From: Octopus vulgaris
Lineage: Eukaryota
Direction: 5' to 3'
Length of the DNA: 64,000 nt
Assembly (NCBI GenBank): GCA_951406725.2
Contig: OX597824.1
Coordinates: 27,962,001 to 28,026,000, forward strand
Every line of letters starts with the position of its first letter. Position 1 is the stretch's first letter. A program made the position numbers and the translations under genes. The notes under the pieces were generated by a model that searched no databases, had not been told where the DNA came from, and saw only the letters and a list, made by a program, of their open reading frames with translations. Positions 1 through 15,570 of the stretch are shown piece by piece.

Positions 1-51
1 GATATTAGCTGTCTTTTTTAGTGTATATTATTACAACAGTGATGTTTTCTT

Positions 52-271
52 ATTCTCTTTTACTCTTTTACTCTTATATTTGTTTCAATCATGCTGTGTC
101 CATGCTGGAGCACCGCCTTTAGTCGAGCGAATCGACCCCAGGACTTATTCTTTGTAAGCCTAGTACTTATTATATCGGTCTCTTTGCCGAACTGCTAAGT
201 TACGGGGACGTAAACACACCAGCATCGGTTGTCAAGCATGTTGGGGGGGACAAACACAGACACACACACAG

Positions 272-329
<58 letters not shown>

Positions 330-508
330 TTATATACATATATACGACGGGCTTCTTTCAGATTCCGTCTACCAAATCCACTCACAAGGCTATAGTCGGC
401 CCGAGGCTATAGTAGAAGACACTTGCCCAAGGGGCCATGCAGTGGGACTGAACCCGGAACCATGTGGTTCGTATGCAAGTTACTTACCACACAGCCACTC
501 CTACGCCT
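52..508 (-). mobile_element. tRNA-derived SINE family A, full length, with internal (CA)n/(TA)n
   Basis: The minus strand starts AGGCGTAGGAGTGGCTGTGTGG (A box) ... GGTTCAGTCCC (B box) and ends in an (AAAGAGT)n-like tail. Closely similar copies at 22390, 24225, 40712, 51124 and 55533. Confidence 0.9.
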
Positions 509-1126
509 TGTTCAACATTGTCTCATTATGGTTTACCTTATTAATGTAACGTTACCAAATACAATGTAGTCGATAGTAATATTTTCTTTGACAAATATTT
601 TAGCAATAAAATGGTTTGTTATAATGACATTCATATAATATTGCCCAGCTTAATATGAATTCAGATTTTTCTTCGTTTCCCAGTTTTACCAATAGTAACA
701 ATATCTGTAGATTGTACAAATATATGAGAAAAAAATTATTATAATAAATCAATACATTTTACACTTTGTCAAAGAAATAATTTAAAGATATAACATCAGT
801 ATTGAATATAAATAGAAGTAATATTGAAGAATATTGAATAGAAAATAATGGTATGTGTTGAGCAGGAAATGTTGGGAAAGAGGGGGACATTTTTGGTATG
901 AAAACTTAGCATGGTTTGGGTGGGGTTTATTAGAGTTTGTTGATGTATTTTTGGTGCATTCAGATATGGATATCAGTTTGATGTAATAATAATGATTTAA
1001 TTACATTTCATATGAAAGTCGATATGAAAAGGAATAGGATGTGCATACATCCTGTACGCAGGTATATCACAGATATTTAATTTATATTTACGTAATTGTA
1101 CGCATATATATACATGTATATATATT

Positions 1127-1420
1127 GTTGGCATCCTTTTTGTCTCGGGAGACAATGGAGTTGCACATAAAGTAGTCTATTCCTGCTTTTACATTTCATG
1201 TCCTGATACATTTCCTGCTGGCAGGTACCGCAAACACTCCCTCTGGCAGGTACCGCAAATGTAGCGAAGACTGTTCCTGGCTGGTTGTAGTGTCATAGTT
1301 TCTTGTTGACGTCTCTTCATTTCTTTCTATTTCTCCTCTCTCTCTCTCTGTCACTCCTTTGTATTCCCTCTTTTACGGTACGTCGCCATTCTCCACGGTT
1401 GCCGGCAATTGCCTCCTAAC
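1127..1420 (-). mobile_element. RTE-clade LINE 3' end fragment
   Basis: The minus strand ends CCATTGTCTCCCGAGACAAAAAGGATGCCAACAA, an RTE-type 3' tail, after a degenerate Cys-containing (zinc-knuckle-like) region. Confidence 0.55.
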
Positions 1421-1458
1421 CGCTAGTGTATATATATATGTATTATACCTATATATGT

Positions 1459-1715
1459 GGAGGCGCGGAGCTTAGTGGTTAGGGTCTCAGCATCATGATC
1501 GTAAGATTGTGGTTTCGATTCCTGGACAGGGCGACGCGTTGTGTTCTTGAGCAAAACACTTCATTTCATGTTGCTCCAGTCCACTCAGCTGGCAAAAATG
1601 AGTAACGCTGCGATTGACTGGCGTCCCGTCCAGCTGGGGAATACAAATGCCCTAGAAACCGGGAAATCGGGCCCATGAGCCTGGCTAAGCTTTAAAAAAG
1701 GCGCATTTATTTATT
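1459..1715 (+). mobile_element. tRNA-derived SINE family B (CORE-like central domain) with 16-bp TSD
   Basis: Head GGAGGCGCGGAGCTTAGTGGTTAGG...GTTTCGATTCC; CORE-like GTTGTGTTCTTGAGCAAAACACTT; TATTATACCTATATAT duplicated at 1441-1456 and 1716-1731. Confidence 0.85.
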
Positions 1716-2591
1716 TATTATACCTATATATATATATATATATATATGGAGAGAGAGAGAGAGAGAGAGATAGAGAAAGAAACATATATATATATATATG
1801 TATATAGATATATATATATATCCAGATTTTCCAAGGCCAATAAAGAAAGTTACGATGTTTCGTATCAGAATACCTCCACTTTAATCATGCAATCGAAGGC
1901 AGGATTAACGTAATGGCTGAATATCCATATTTCAAGAGTTATTGCTCTTTCATGAGCATCACATTCAACCCATTAACCACCCACGAACACATTGTTTCCA
2001 TTGCCACTAAAGTTAGTGGTGCAACGCCATTGGGTATACCAATTTACATATTAAACACATTCTTGGTAACTGACTGTGTTTCGTTTTGCAACGACAACAT
2101 ACTACCAAGTATTGATGTAATGTTTATCACCACAAAGATATGGCCTTTCCGCAGGAATCGACACTATCACCATTTTTTACCCTGGGAGGAGCATTCTCTT
2201 GTTGATTATAGAGGCAATCTGCACCCGATACTTATTGCAAGCAGTGGGGTGAAACCCTATCACCTTCCAACAGACGATGGGATCACCAGACCGTACGGTT
2301 TCGGGCTATTTTTGCCCATCGGCACTGGAGAACATGGGTACTCTTGAAATAGCAGTAATTTACTCCAGCTAGCAATATATAGAAAACTAAGTGACAATCA
2401 GTCGCTGATCTTCGAACAAGCGAAGTCGCTAGGTAGACAATCTTGTTGGCACTACGTAAATGCAATCTACATAGTAGGAGCGTACTTTGACTCCCAAAAA
2501 ACTAATTTAGGATGCAAACTTGTTTTTTTTTTCTGATATTCTGGGTAATTGCAGAAGAAGCTGGTTTGTGCATTACCATTGTCAGAGGTGT

Positions 2592-2835
2592 CACGTTTTC
2601 AGGTTTCCTTGGCGTATAGGTTCCCCATCTGGACGGGACGCCGGTCCGTCGCAGGTGAAGTGCAAGATGTAAGAGTAAAGAGTGAGAGAAAGTTGTGACG
2701 AAAGAGATAGCAGAAGTTCGCCATTACCTTCTGCCGGAGCCGCGTGGAGCTTAGGTGTTTCGCTCATAAACACATACATCGCCCAGTCTGAGATTCGAAC
2801 CCGCGATCCCTCGACCACGAATCCACTGCTCTAAC
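2592..2835 (-). mobile_element. SINE, family C-like body; head interrupted by a family D insertion
   Basis: The minus strand has GGATCGCGGGTTCGAATCTC (B box) and GAGCGAAACACCTAAGCTCCACGCGGCTCCGGCAG, as in the copy at 34657. Confidence 0.75.
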
Positions 2836-3069
2836 CTATTTCTTTACTACCCACATGGGGCTAAACACAGAAGGGACAAAAAAGGACAGACAAACGGCTT
2901 AAGTCGATTACATCGACCCCAGTGCGTAACTGGTACTTAATTTATCGATCCCGAAAGGATCAAAGGCAAAGTCGACCTCGACGGAATTTGAACTCAGAAC
3001 GTAACGGTAGACGAAATACGGCTACGCATTTCGCCCGGCGTGCTATCGATTCTACCAGCTCGCCGCCTT
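2836..3069 (-). mobile_element. tRNA-derived SINE family D, full length, 13-bp TSD
   Basis: Minus strand AAGGCGGCGAGCTGG...GAGTTCAAATTCC...GTCGACTTTGCCTTTGATCCTTTCGGGATCGATAAA...AAAGAAATAG; CCACTGCTCTAAC duplicated at 2823-2835 and 3070-3082. Confidence 0.9.
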
Positions 3070-4086
3070 CCACTGCTCTAACCACCTCTGCTCTAACCAC
3101 ACATAGAAAATAATTGTTAATAATTAAAGCTGGAGGGTTTTGAACACTTGATTTCAACACTTGAACAATGATTAGACAGAAGTAACCAAATCAAACATAG
3201 CCTCCCGTGTGACATTCAGGAATAAGAATGAAAGACAGAAAAAATATCCTGTCAAGGAAATGACTTAATAATGATAAATGCGCGTAATTTTCATGGAGGA
3301 ATATTACAAACATGTGCAAGCAAAGAAAGAAAAACGTAAAAAAATGAAAACACATGATCTCTGGAAAATGTTTTCACGATATAACTGGGTACATTAGCAA
3401 AAACGATAATAAATACGTTATATATGAATTTTTGGGGGAATTCAGCAAATATTTTGGACAGATTATGCATTGTCCAGATACGAAATGAGAATATTTTAGC
3501 TCATTCATCAAATAACATTCGTTGCAAATTATTTTGGAATTAGGCAGTACCTGCGCAACGTATATCATTCCATAATTTTTGCATCTGATAGTTTTTAAAA
3601 TACACATTTATCAATATTGCGCCATAGGTCATAGATGCTGACCTGTATGAAAAAATTGATATCGTGGTATATGGGTAACGCAAGCACACAAACACACATA
3701 CTCACACATTTATACATACATACATACATATATATATATATAATGTGGAGTATATTTGGGCGTTTCAGTGTCTTGGTTTGTGTAAGTGCTTGAATGCGTT
3801 GAATGCATAAATAAATGAATTTTTCTCTCTAGGTTCGGTTAGACTAATGCAGATTTTTATATCCTCCGAAAACATGAATAAATTATAGCATAAATGCAAT
3901 TGAAATAAAACAAAAGAAGCAGTTATTGCAGCTGCACTGGCATAAGTGCATGCTTAAGCATGGCAGCAAAATGTGCAACTGGGTAATTTTGATGCACCGT
4001 TTATATTATTCACTGAATCCCATTTACATTTTGGTGACAATTATTTAGATGTTACTATTCGAAATTGGAACAACCACTTGGATTGG

Positions 4087-4152
<66 letters not shown>

Positions 4153-4719
4153 TCGTATAAAACATCCCGATTGTCAACTTATGCGCATTGGCATTGTATA
4201 TATATGCTCCAATCCTTTAATAATTATATATCTGTGGATGTATATGCTCACATATGTGAAAACAGGAGGGATTTTGTAAAAAAAAGCATTTTCTAAAAAA
4301 CATTTCAATGCCGGTTCCAGTCATTGAGACTTTTTCAACTCTAAGTATGGAAACAATTAAATTTTGGAAAAATCAAAATGAAAAGATTTTTTAGAAGAAT
4401 ATTTGCATAATATTGAAATACAAGGGGCATTTTCCTTGTTTCTGCCTGTTTCTGTCTCTCTTGTTTACTATTGTGGGTTTGAGGTCGTTGTGAATTCTTG
4501 GTAGGGAAGAAGAAGAAGAAGAAGAAGAAGAAGAAGAAGAAGAAGAAGAAGAAGAAGAAGAAGAAGAAGAAGAAGAAGAAGAAGAAGAAGAAGAAGGGTG
4601 TGGCGGGGCAGGAGAAGAATGCGGGAGTGCCATGATCGTAGTCGGATGTTAAAGGGTCCAGTGCCCTGAAAATGGCTTGTTGTGAATGGTAGTAGTGATT
4701 GAATTCGTGAGACATCTCT

Positions 4720-5620
4720 TTTAAATTTAATTTTTATAATATTTGCCTGGGTGTTTTTCTAAATAGCAAGAGTAGTAAAGTAAGGAAGGAGGTGGCGGAG
4801 AAGGAAAAGACGAACAAGTAGGAGAAAGAGAAGGGAGATTAATAAGGGAATGCGAGAGGTATGGTAGTAGTAGGATGTTAAATGGTCGAGACCTAAAAGT
4901 GGTTCTTTGTGCATTATAGCAGTGATTGAGACTGTTTTCTAATGAATTCTTGGGTATCTCTTGTATATATCAATTTAAATATTTGCGTTTGTGTTATTCT
5001 AAGATCGTTTGTTGTAGGTGTGTTGAAAAGTGGTCTGTATGTTGTAATAAAGAGAGTTTCTTTACTAATTCGTTGGCTACACGTTGTATCGTCCCTGAAT
5101 TGGTAGAGGGGGAAAATTCTGAAGCTTGGATTTTTGTTATTGGTGCAAATGTCGATGTGTTGGCTGAATGCTATATTTTGGTTTTTCGGAATTTTGATCT
5201 GGGATCTGTGCAGAGCCATCCTTTGACGTAGACTGTTTTTTATTTGGCCTATATATTGCTCTGGACACCCAGAGCAGGTAACGCGTATAGCTGGTTCTCC
5301 AAGACTCATGTGAAGCTGCTTTTCACTGTGAAACGTATTCTGTTTGAAGGAGAATTCTGATTCCTCAATTAAATTGACGTATACCCACAGTTGGGTCTTC
5401 CGCATTTTTTTCCTGATGGCGTCTGTGCTTTTGTAGAGCGTATTCGGGCTTCTTTTAGGAAACTTTTCATAGATTTAGGTTGTCTCTTGCTTTTTATCAT
5501 GGTGTGTGCATGGAGGATTAAGTTCATTCTGTAGTCCTTTTTTAGCAGCGGAATGTTTTGAAGGATACTGTCGAAAACTTCGTTGTATAAACTGTCGTGT
5601 GTGGAGATGTAAGACCTTTT
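4720..5620 (-). mobile_element. Penelope-like element fragment, GIY-YIG endonuclease
   Basis: ORF 4914-5405 contains IRVTCSGCPEQYIGQIKNSLRQRMALHRSQI...KETLFITTYRPLFN, the PLE GIY-YIG pattern. Upstream sequence is frameshifted. Outer boundaries are approximate. Confidence 0.85.
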
Positions 5621-5782
5621 GATTGTAAACCCTTTAATTTATGATATCTGACCTCGTAGATGTTGAGTAGTAGGGCTAAGTATAGTATTTTCTTCTACAG
5701 TGATTCAATCATATTTCTTTTGTAAAATGTTTTAAATTCATCATATTTTTTTAAGAAGTATATCATGTTATATTTGTAGATA

Positions 5783-6150
5783 CGGCTGTCTGGTAAGAAA
5801 TTTAGTTCCGGGTTCAGTCACACTTCGTGGCGTCTTGGACAACTGCATTTTACTACAGCCATGGGTGGACTAAAGCCTTTTTAGGGGATTTGAATGGCGA
5901 AACTGAGATAAACACGTCGTGTTATATATATATATATATATATACCTGTATATATATGTGTGTGTGACTTTGTTTCTCAGTTTATCCCACGTCACTGCTT
6001 AACACCCGGTGGTGTTCTCACGTCTCCATAACCTATCGGTTTGGCAACACAGCCCAATAGAATAAATACTAGGCTTTACAAAAAAACCTCACACAAAATT
6101 AAGAATTACTGGGGCGGGTTCGCACGACGGAAATTCTCTAAGGCGTTGTC
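5783..6150 (+). mobile_element. Degenerate SINE family A
   Basis: GGCTGTCTGGTAAG...GTTCCGGGTTCAGTCAC...AATAGAATAAATACTAGGCTT aligns by eye with family A. Confidence 0.7.
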
Positions 6151-6326
6151 CAACCAGTTTTATATGTCTGCGTTAATTCGTACCAAAATTTCTAGAATTA
6201 ATCGCTCTTTAACATTTGGAAAATATATCTCACACTATATATCCACCATGGCGTTATTGCACAAATTTAACTACATTTTCATTACCAAATTATGACTGCA
6301 AGAATTAAAAGATAAAATATGAAAGA

Positions 6327-6710
6327 CTAGCAATATCGCCCGGCGATAAGGGAAATAACTATAAAGCATTTTTAGAGAGTTATAGCAAAACAATAGCAAA
6401 AAAATGCATTAAAAATGGAAAAAAAATGATGGTAATTTTTTTTTTAAATCGTTGACTCATCGTAGACATTTTTAGAGAGTTACTCTCCTTATATAATAGT
6501 GAAAAAATGCATTAAAATGGAAAAAATGATGGTAAATTATTTTTAAAATCGTAGACTCATCGTAGACGCGCGCTAATACCCAGAAGGGCTCGATATGAAT
6601 CACGACTATAAGATACCCGGTTTTAGTTAAACTGCACCGCAAAATGTGGGAGTAGTTAGGAATCTAAATCGTAGGAGACAGACACACAACTTCACTTTTA
6701 TATATAAAGA
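6327..6710 (-). mobile_element. Non-autonomous Helitron
   Basis: The minus strand starts TC(TTTATATATA) and ends ...CGCCGGGCGATATTG-CTAG, between A and T with no TSD. Contains internal diverged repeats. Confidence 0.75.
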
Positions 6711-7874
6711 TATAACACTTGCGCTATGGAAATCAAGATTCGCTTGCTTTAGACATTTCTTTTTGTCTACATCACTGCTACATATTGACTAAGCTTCCTT
6801 TCTTTCATTTGTGTTATTATTCGTGAACCGGTGAAGCTTTATCTGACATTGTATTTTTTTTTCCAAGAGGATCCTCTGCCGCATCCATTATTGTTTGTTT
6901 CAACTTATTTATTCCAAATCATCTTTGGAAAATTGAAGTTACATATATCTGCGTTAATACATACCAAATTTTCTATAACTAACCGCGATTTGATATTTGG
7001 AAAATAGTTCTTGTACTATATATTCACCTTCATTTCATCGTCGACTGCACAAATTTATCTACATTATCAACAAGCGTAAATAAATAATTAGCAAACATAT
7101 CTTATAGCTTATATAATTAATTTGAAGTCATTGCAATCTATAATATATTCAATTTATTGTGTGCATTTCACTGAAAATATACTTTAGGCATGTAATGCGT
7201 TATGCATATAACATTTTCACTAGGAAAATGAACCAAATTCCTCCGTGCTCTTCCTTGCAAAAAGAAATATATATATATATATATGTAGGTACGTATGTAT
7301 GTACGGATATATATGTATGTATCCATCCATCTATTTCTCTCACTATTTATCTATCTATTAATCTCTCTATCTCTATCTTAGCGTGTGTATGTACTTGTGT
7401 CTGTGTGTCTTAATTTGTGCTGGATGAATGAGAGATGTCTCAATAAACATGCTAGATTATATGATTATTTTTTGAAACTGAATGCTCGACTCACTTTCAC
7501 TCCTTCGAGATCATCAGGTGAGAACTGTCACAGCTTAGTACAGGAGTGGAGTGTTAATATTCAGTATTCGTGATTTCTAGCACCTACGTTAGTTCATTTG
7601 TTCACTGTGGTGCTCACTAGAAGTTTGAAGAATGACTTTCATAAAGCAAACTTTGAAAATAAATACGTAAGCGCCTTTCATTTTCAAATATATTACAATC
7701 ATAAAACACATGCAATTTTCCTCAAGTTTAAAATGTGACATAATATTCTATCTTCCTTCTTCTTACCTAAACTGGAGTGTTGTATCTTTGTTAGAAACCA
7801 CCTCTTTCCTCAAAGGAAGAATATAAACATAATCAAAAAGGAGAACATACATCCATACTTACATACATACACAG

Positions 7875-7928
<54 letters not shown>

Positions 7929-8053
7929 TAACTCCTTTGTGCATATATCTTTGCACAAGCCATGGAAACATCGTGTGACATGTATTATTATCAGTGTTTA
8001 TGTATATTTATATAAATCTCTGTTCTGCTGCCTAGTTCCTTTTCCGATCTGTT

Positions 8054-8129
<76 letters not shown>

Positions 8130-8877
8130 ATATATACAGATATATCTATGTATATATATATATATATATGGTGGGGGTATTATAATCATGCTTATGCTAA
8201 AATAATAGCTATATTGTAAGGGGGAAATATGAACGTGTCAAAATATACTTAGGTTTATGCAATGCATTAAAAATATCATAAAAATAGTTAGGCGTAGTTT
8301 TAGTTTATATCGCTATCAGAAGTGGAAACAACGACGCACACACACACACACACATACATACACACACACACTTACACAAATACATACACACACACACGCA
8401 TATAATTTTAATGATAAATTGCTAAACTACATCGAAAACAAGGAAACCCTAGAGAAGAGATAGCAACTGAGCAAGCTCGTGAATTATATCAAATGTAGAA
8501 ACTGTTGCGGCAAATCACACACGCATAACCGCATACTTATATTCATATAAAAACCAAACACATATATATACACACACACAATTTTTGCTATGTATAGTTT
8601 TTTATTTTTTAATTTTTTTTTTATATTTTTGAATTTCTTTTAGCAAAATGATATTGTATTTGAATGTAATTAGAAAATTTTGTTTGTTGTTTATTTCGTT
8701 TTATTTTCATTTATTGATTTTTTATTAACATTTTCATTTTACAAGATATTTCAGTAAATGTTTGAATTTTAGTAAAGAAATTCAGCTCACATACACACAC
8801 CCACACACACACAAACACATCCGTATATATATGTACAGACACAGACACACACATCTATATATCTACATCTATATATA

Positions 8878-8934
<57 letters not shown>

Positions 8935-9006
8935 TTGTGTACGTGCGTTCAGTGTGTGTTTGTGTGTACGAGTATGCATACACATACATAAATGCATTTA
9001 TACATA

Positions 9007-9077
<71 letters not shown>

Positions 9078-9419
9078 GTAAACGTATATTAAAATTAAAA
9101 AAGTGAAATTTGAAAAAATATAAAAAATAAGAGAAGGGAAGATATAAATTTGATATAATTTAAAAACAAAGCAAATATTTATATTTCTTTATGCTTTGTA
9201 ACGAAATAGATTGCTTGAAATGTATAGAAATTGTTCAATGTAGTGTACTGAATAGAAATTAAATGAAGAAATGCTATTTAATAACAAAATAAAGCAAACA
9301 CACACCAACATAAAAATTATAAGACAAAAACCAACAATGATTTTTTTTAAAAATGTGTTGCAAATATAACCATAATACCACAAAAACAGTTTTCTGCAAA
9401 AATGTCAAGAACGACAACA

Positions 9420-9573
9420 GGCCTTGCTAGGTGATAAGTTTACTTGACAATTACAAAGTTCTGGGTTCAATTCTACTATGAGCTACCTTATGTTTTTAGA
9501 CTTATACTATAGCCACGCGCCGGCCAAAACCATGTGAGTGGTTTCGGTAGGCGTAAACTGAAAGAAGCTCGAC

Positions 9574-9615
<42 letters not shown>

Positions 9616-9750
9616 GGCGTGTATATGTGTGAGTGTTTGTGTGTATGTGTTTGTGTGTGTGTGTATGCCACATCACTGCTTGTCAATCGTTGTTGGTGTG
9701 TTTACGTCCCCGCAAATCAGCAAAAGAGTCCGATACGATAAGTTTCCAGT
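9420..9750 (+). mobile_element. Degenerate SINE family A
   Basis: GTTCTGGGTTCAATTC, AAACTGAAAGAAGCTCGAC, (TA)n/(TG)n and GTTGGTGTGTTTACGTCCCCG. Confidence 0.7.
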
Positions 9751-9754
9751 TCCC

Positions 9755-9960
9755 TTATGATACGTTCTACCTTCAATTTCTGTCATCCATTCTCTTCTCA
9801 TAGTAGCAATAGCTTGATCAACTGCGCTCAGTTTGTATCTTTACTGAACCATTGCCAAGCGAGAGGCCTTCCCATAAAGGTTCAGCTTTATTTTGCTGTT
9901 GTAGTTGTTGCTGCTGATGCTGTTTGTCTTGCTACGGTTCCTATTCACTTCATTGTTTCT
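9755..9960 (-). mobile_element. Fragment homologous to the 5' region of the Dong-like LINE at 11270-11780
   Basis: The reverse complement matches 11270-11328 joined to 11648-11775. Confidence 0.6.
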
Positions 9961-10055
9961 ACGATTTCTACACGATGGTTCTCCAGCTGGCCGCAGACTA
10001 AAGACTGAAGGAAGTAAAAATGGGACATACTCCTACATCAATTGGTTGTTGTAGC

Positions 10056-10132
<77 letters not shown>

Positions 10133-10135
10133 CGG

Positions 10136-10167
<32 letters not shown>

Positions 10168-10524
10168 ATATTACTACAACAAATTATGCTGTTAAGGATA
10201 ATAATAATAATATCTCTAATTTTGGCATAAAACCAGCATGTTTTAGAGGTAGGAGCAACTCGGCAACTTCGACCCCAGTATTTCACTGGAATTAATTTTC
10301 AGAATTCCAAGCGAATGAAAAGCAAATTTGACCTCGCCAAGCTTTCACAGCAATATGTAAAATTCTGTCTAACGATTCCGATTGTGCTAACGATTCCGAT
10401 ATCACATTGCGATGCAATTAAGAATATTAATAAGTTTATTTCTAATGCAGGCAAAAGACTACAGAATTTGTAATGATGCAATACTCGATTAGATGCTTTC
10501 ATCTAGGAAATTACGAATGATTTA

Positions 10525-10960
10525 TATTTGGTTGTCCGGAAAGTTCTTGCCGATTTATAGTAGCTTACCTTTCGACTTATTTTAGAACATGGTTGAGTCC
10601 ATTAAAATGAGATTTGACTACACTTCCATTTAGAGCACAGTTCAAGCTATCTTTTAGTGGAAGAAGATTTATGTTCCTATAACCTGTGTTAATTCTTTAA
10701 CCCTCTAAAATGGAAGATAAGAAAGTTCATTTTCGTCACTTGATCCTTTGGGAACCAAACAAAAATTGCTGCAACTCGGCTGGGATGTGTTACCCCACCG
10801 TCCATATTCACCAGATATTGCTCCTTCGGATTTCCACTTATTCAGGTCTCTGCAGAATAGTCTTAATGGTAAAAAATTCAATTCCTTGGATGACGTAAAA
10901 AGATACCTTGATGAATTCTTTGCCATGAAACCACCTCAGTTCTGGGAAGAGGGTATTTAT
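10525..10960 (+). mobile_element. Internally deleted mariner transposon
   Basis: N-terminal MEDKKVHFRHLILWE is joined directly to C-terminal TKQKLLQLGWDVLPHRPYSPDIAPSDFHLFRSLQN (mariner YSPDLAP motif). Confidence 0.9.
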
Positions 10961-11269
10961 CCCTTCACCATTATATCACTTCACCGATTCAACCATAAGA
11001 AATATTTTCTATCAAAGTACCAAAATGAGATGAAACTGTACTTCAAAGGGTTAACTTGCCATATTTTGTGCATAAAAATAAGTTAAGGGTACGTGAGTCT
11101 GTGAAGGGTACTTAGCTGTGGTACTTAGCTATGAATGGTACTTAGCTATGAATGCCTACGATCTGAGAGGACATACAAGTTAAGTACTGTTACAATATTA
11201 TTGCTACTCATAAACTAATTTATGAGAAGCTTAGAGGCTATATTACAAAAAATTACAATAACAACAAAT

Positions 11270-12971
<1,702 letters not shown>

Positions 12972-12975
<4 letters not shown>

Positions 12976-13200
12976 GCAATTTTTGTCTGGTTCCCAAAGC
13001 ATCAAGTGCCTAAAATGAACTTTCTTATCTTCCATTTTAAAGGGTTACAGAAATAACACAGGTTATAGGAACATGAACCTTCTTCCACGAAAAGATAGCT
13101 TGAACTGTGCTCTGAATGGAGGAGTAGTCAAATCCTATTTTATGGACTCAACCATGTTCTAAAATAAATCGAAAGGTAAGCTACTATAAATAGGCACGAA
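12972..13200 (-). mobile_element. Second copy of the deleted mariner (5' part)
   Basis: MEDKKVHFRHLMLWEPDKN with the same deletion junction and the same 5' UTR as the copy at 10525. Confidence 0.85.
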
Positions 13201-13244
13201 CTATTTATAGATGTCTGATCGTGCATCCGACATACTGTTAAACA

Positions 13245-13462
13245 ACAGTAATGTATTGGGAAAAGAACACAACTTTCTAGACAGATATGAATTCAATACA
13301 TAAAGATAATGTCTCAAGAAATTATGGTTTATATTGAGAAATGAACACAAGATACTAGAGTGATATGAATTCAATACATAAATATAAGTCTCAAGAAATA
13401 ATGGTTTATAGTGAGGGACTATCACGTAATATACTAGAATGATATGAATTCAATACATAAAC
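13245..13462. repeat. Diverged tandem repeat, about 78-bp period
   Basis: GATATGAATTCAATACATAAA recurs at about 13284, 13362 and 13441. Confidence 0.8.
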
Positions 13463-13494
13463 GGCACGGCCATAATGAATCGAGAAATAATTAA

Positions 13495-13662
13495 TGACTT
13501 CAAATATTAGCACAAGGCCAGTAATTTCTGGGCGAGTAGGGATGTTTCGATTGTACTTATTTTATTGACCCGGAAAAGATAAAAGGCAAAATCGACATTG
13601 GTGGCGTTTGAACTCAGAACGTGAAGTAGGACGAAATGTTACTAAGCATTTTGCTCGGCGTG
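13495..13662 (-). mobile_element. Old SINE D-type copy
   Basis: AAAGGCAAAATCGAC...TTTGAACTCAGAACG...GACGAAATG. Confidence 0.7.
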
Positions 13663-14214
13663 TCTGCAGAAATAATTATTAAAATAAATAGATAATACCT
13701 ATTTTATAGAGTTATTTCAGAAGAGAAAAATAAATAAATAAATAAATAAAATAAAATAAAAAAATGAAATATACCAGATTTATTTTTGTATGAATTTCGT
13801 TCGCATTATTCATGTATATTTATTTATTAACACCTTTCAATATTTTGAATAAATATTTAAAATGAAATTAATAATAAAATCAAATCACGTAAATAAACGA
13901 AATTTATCAAGCATTCACTGAATAAATACAAAACACTTAAACAAAAAAGTCTCGGATAATTGTTAATTACATGGAGACATTTTATCTACAGACAGTTGAT
14001 TTATTTCTTGTTAATTAGTTTCGTTCCCCACCACCACCACCACCACCATCACCACCACCGTTCCTATCTCTACGCCGCCTCTCACTATCTCTAACTACAC
14101 CTCTCTCGCTATCTCTAGCTGGCCTTCTCTTACTATCTCTACCTACATCTCTCTTACTATCTTCAGCTGCTCCCTCTCTGACTATTCTTCTCGTGCTATC
14201 TTTAACTACCTCCC

Positions 14215-14256
<42 letters not shown>

Positions 14257-14580
14257 AGTCGCTCTCTTCCTCTCAATCTCTACGCCTCTCACTCGCTGTC
14301 GCTATATGACTTCTAGACAACATATATACGCAGACAAGCAACATCGCATAAAACACAAACACTCACACGCACAACGCATATTCGCATACATAAATGCAAG
14401 TGGGTACGTACACGTATACTTGTGTGTGTATGTCCGCATATATGCCTTCATATATAATAAACACATCTTTCATTCCTTTACTTTCTTCTCTATATATAAC
14501 CATATGTGTGTGTTGCGTATGCGCGTGTGTGTGTATATGCATGTATATATATATATATATATACATATATACATATATAC

Positions 14581-14632
<52 letters not shown>

Positions 14633-14778
14633 ATGTATGTATGTATATATATATACATGTATGTATACATATATGTATATATGTGTATATATATATGTAT
14701 ATATAAACATATATGTATATATATGTATATATATATATATGTATATATAAACATATACATGTAAATATAAACACACAA

Positions 14779-14857
<79 letters not shown>

Positions 14858-15359
14858 ACACTATATTATATTGTCTATAGAATCCAACCATATGTGAGGA
14901 AGAGATATGAACATCTGATAATACCGCTAGAAATAATTATACATTTTTCGAGAATTTAGAAACGACGAATAACAACAATAAAACTAGTAATAAAAAAAAT
15001 ATAATGAATGTGACAGAAAACTAAGAAATCGAATCAAAAATTTACAAAAAGAAATAAAAACGTGATTTAAAATTAATAAAATATTTAAAGGAATCCCAAT
15101 AAATCTTCGTTGTACGCTTTATGTTTTCCAACTAATCATGTTTTTGTAACTTAGATTGTGTCGCTTAGATTAAAAAGTGAAACAAGAAGCATTATAATGG
15201 ATCGAATGTATGTATATCAATCTATGTAACCGAAACACAACCGACTAGCTCTTAGAATTTAATTCATCCTCATGTAGCGACATATGTTTCCCGTCACGTC
15301 TTACCAACAATTTAGAGCTGAAATAATGAATTTTTAGCTACTAATAAGTCACCTTTATA

Positions 15360-15570
15360 AAGGTGGATAGCTTAGTTTTCAGAGTTTCGGACTCCTTGTC
15401 GTATGGTTGTTGCAGTGATTTCTGGAACGCGGGATGCGTTATGTTCTCCAGCAGAACACTTTGTTTTCCCTTTGCTCTAGTCCATTTAGCTGATGAGTAA
15501 TCCTGCAATGGATTGGCATCCCGTTCAGAGAGGAATATATATACATCAAAGAAAGTGGGAAAGTGGTCCT
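15360..15570 (+). mobile_element. Degenerate SINE family B
   Basis: TGCTCTAGTCCATTTAGCTG and CCTGCAATGGATTGGCATCCCGTTCAG resemble the copy at 1459. Confidence 0.6.

Noticed and set aside
15275-15310. GAAACATATGTC (minus), like hammerhead stem III
   Set aside because: No CTGANGA or stem II upstream.
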